Assembly (NCBI GenBank): GCA_025603075.1
Contig: MU626272.1
Location: forward strand, 129,634-193,633
Length of the DNA stretch: 64,000 nt
Source of the DNA: Neoconidiobolus thromboides FSU 785
Lineage: Eukaryota; Fungi; Entomophthoromycota
Direction: 5' to 3'
Below are positions 62,700 through 64,000 of the stretch, in pieces. The notes beneath the pieces are model-generated. The model was not told the DNA's origin. It searched no databases and worked only from the letters and a program-made list of their open reading frames with translations. Each line of letters opens with the position of its first letter. The stretch's first letter is position 1. The translations under genes were made by a program, and so were the position numbers.

Positions 62700-62797
62700 G
62701 GGGATATATTTTTTTGTTTAGGAATTTTACTAATAGCTATCCTGCTTAAATAGTACTTAAAAAATAGAAAAAGTGATAAAATAAAAAAAACGTCCCT
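62700..62797 (+). mobile_element. MITE family A copy 18 (diverged)
   Basis: GGGGATATATTTTTTTG...AAAAAAAACGTCCC; flanks are not duplicated. Confidence 0.75.
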
Positions 62798-63758
62798 TTA
62801 TAAAAGAAACATCTTAGTATGTTTTATTATTTAAGAATTCAATTAATACTTTTTTCTGTTGAATTCAGATACTATCAGTATAAATAAACTTTTAACCTAC
62901 TTTAAGTATACATGTATAACCATTCAATTAACTATAGTTTAAGCTGTCTAGTAGTCCCATTTGAAATTACAGTATTGTTAAGACTTCATCAATTGTCTAT
63001 ATTTTCAATAATTAAATATGCCACTTGATATTTATTTTATTTTATCTTATTTTGTTTTATTATACTATATAAGTTTGGTTTAAATTAAAGATAGACGATA
63101 AATTTTTTTGTTTTATTCCATACTTTAAAACATATAATTCATATTCAAAGTATCCATCATAGTAAAAATACAATATACCAATATAGTATGAATGGCTTTT
63201 AAATTATTACTTTCCGCTAGTTATTATGTAATAGTTGTTAAGCTTTTGTCTGTTAATTTGACATTGTAATTGAAAATGTCATAAAATAAATAAAATGAGA
63301 TTAAAATTTTAGTTAATTAAATTTAGTCAATGATCAGATGAAATCATCAATTTAATTCATTAATGTTTGATCAATAGCATTGCGTAATTTAATTACTTTA
63401 TTAACTGCCTAATTCATTAGATTTTATATGTTACTTTGCTAATTGATTTTGTTTCTAACGGTAAAGGAAATTGAACAGTGTAACAAAAAGATGGATATTA
63501 AAAAATCAAAGATTATCGTTGAGCTAGATGTCATCTACTTGAGTAAAATCCATAAGTGAAGTCATTACTTAATGATATAATGGGATTGTAATGTCATTAC
63601 ATAAGATCATCGGGTATTTTGATACAATATTAAACAAACTAAGTGGAGAAGGACAACTGTTATTCAAACGAAAACACTATAAATACATGCATAAGAACCA
63701 CAGTCTTTTATTATCAAACTAGAATTACAATTATATTATACAAACAACAATCTAAACA

Positions 63759-64000
63759 ATGAAATTTTTCACTCCTTCTTTATTATCTGTTATCATTGCA
63801 TCTATTAGCTTAAATCAACTTGCTTCTGCACCACTTGGTTCCGATGATATTAAATCAACTTCAGTAAGCAGTGCTAACCCAGACCTAATAACTATGGATC
63901 AGGCACCTATTAAATCAACTAATTCTAACAATAGATTAGTAAAGAATGAGTCTAATGCTCCATTAGTTGGCGAAAAACCAAAGTCCAGACGTGCTGATAT
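63759..64000 (+). CDS. Secreted protein, truncated by window end
   Basis: MKFFTPSLLSVIIASISLNQLASAPLG signal peptide; frame open to the last base, with a dibasic RR site (KSRRAD) at the edge. Confidence 0.75.
   Translation, partial: MKFFTPSLLSVIIASISLNQLASAPLGSDDIKSTSVSSANPDLITMDQAPIKSTNSNNRLVKNESNAPLVGEKPKSRRAD

Noticed and set aside
1-64000. tRNA, rRNA, snRNA/snoRNA genes and AT-AC introns
   Set aside because: No T-loop/B-box with cloverleaf, rRNA or snRNA signatures or paired C/D boxes were recognised; every intron examined is GT-AG. Small RNAs could be missed without a covariance-model scan.

Overview
Very AT-rich eukaryotic genomic DNA in the standard code, with many short (about 45-70 nt) GT-AG introns. 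The gene set is fungal (Sla1, a Reg1-like DUF1752 protein, PHP-type His2) and aerobic (a complex I subunit, COX15). The most likely source is an early-diverging fungus, for example Entomophthoromycotina-like; this is inference. About 22 protein-coding genes are supported. Housekeeping genes: SQT1 (3' end), PRP4, NSA2, Reg1-like, EMC6, TYW1, RRP9, RSM7, NDUFB11, COX15, ILS1, BRI3-like, MFSD1-like, SLA1, HIS2, UTP5 and 14-3-3. An accessory right end carries a secreted carboxypeptidase Q, a degenerate Hv1-like voltage-sensor protein, a secreted I78 protease inhibitor and a truncated secreted protein. Intergenic DNA contains 18 copies of an approximately 97-bp MITE (GGGGATGT...ACATCCCC termini, demonstrable 4-bp TSDs), at least three other inverted-repeat elements, and decayed genes, including a tandem BRI3 pseudogene rich in CpA-to-TpA changes. 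No tRNA, rRNA or CRISPR features were recognised. Exon structures were deduced by eye from GT/AG sites and motif continuity; no database searches were run.
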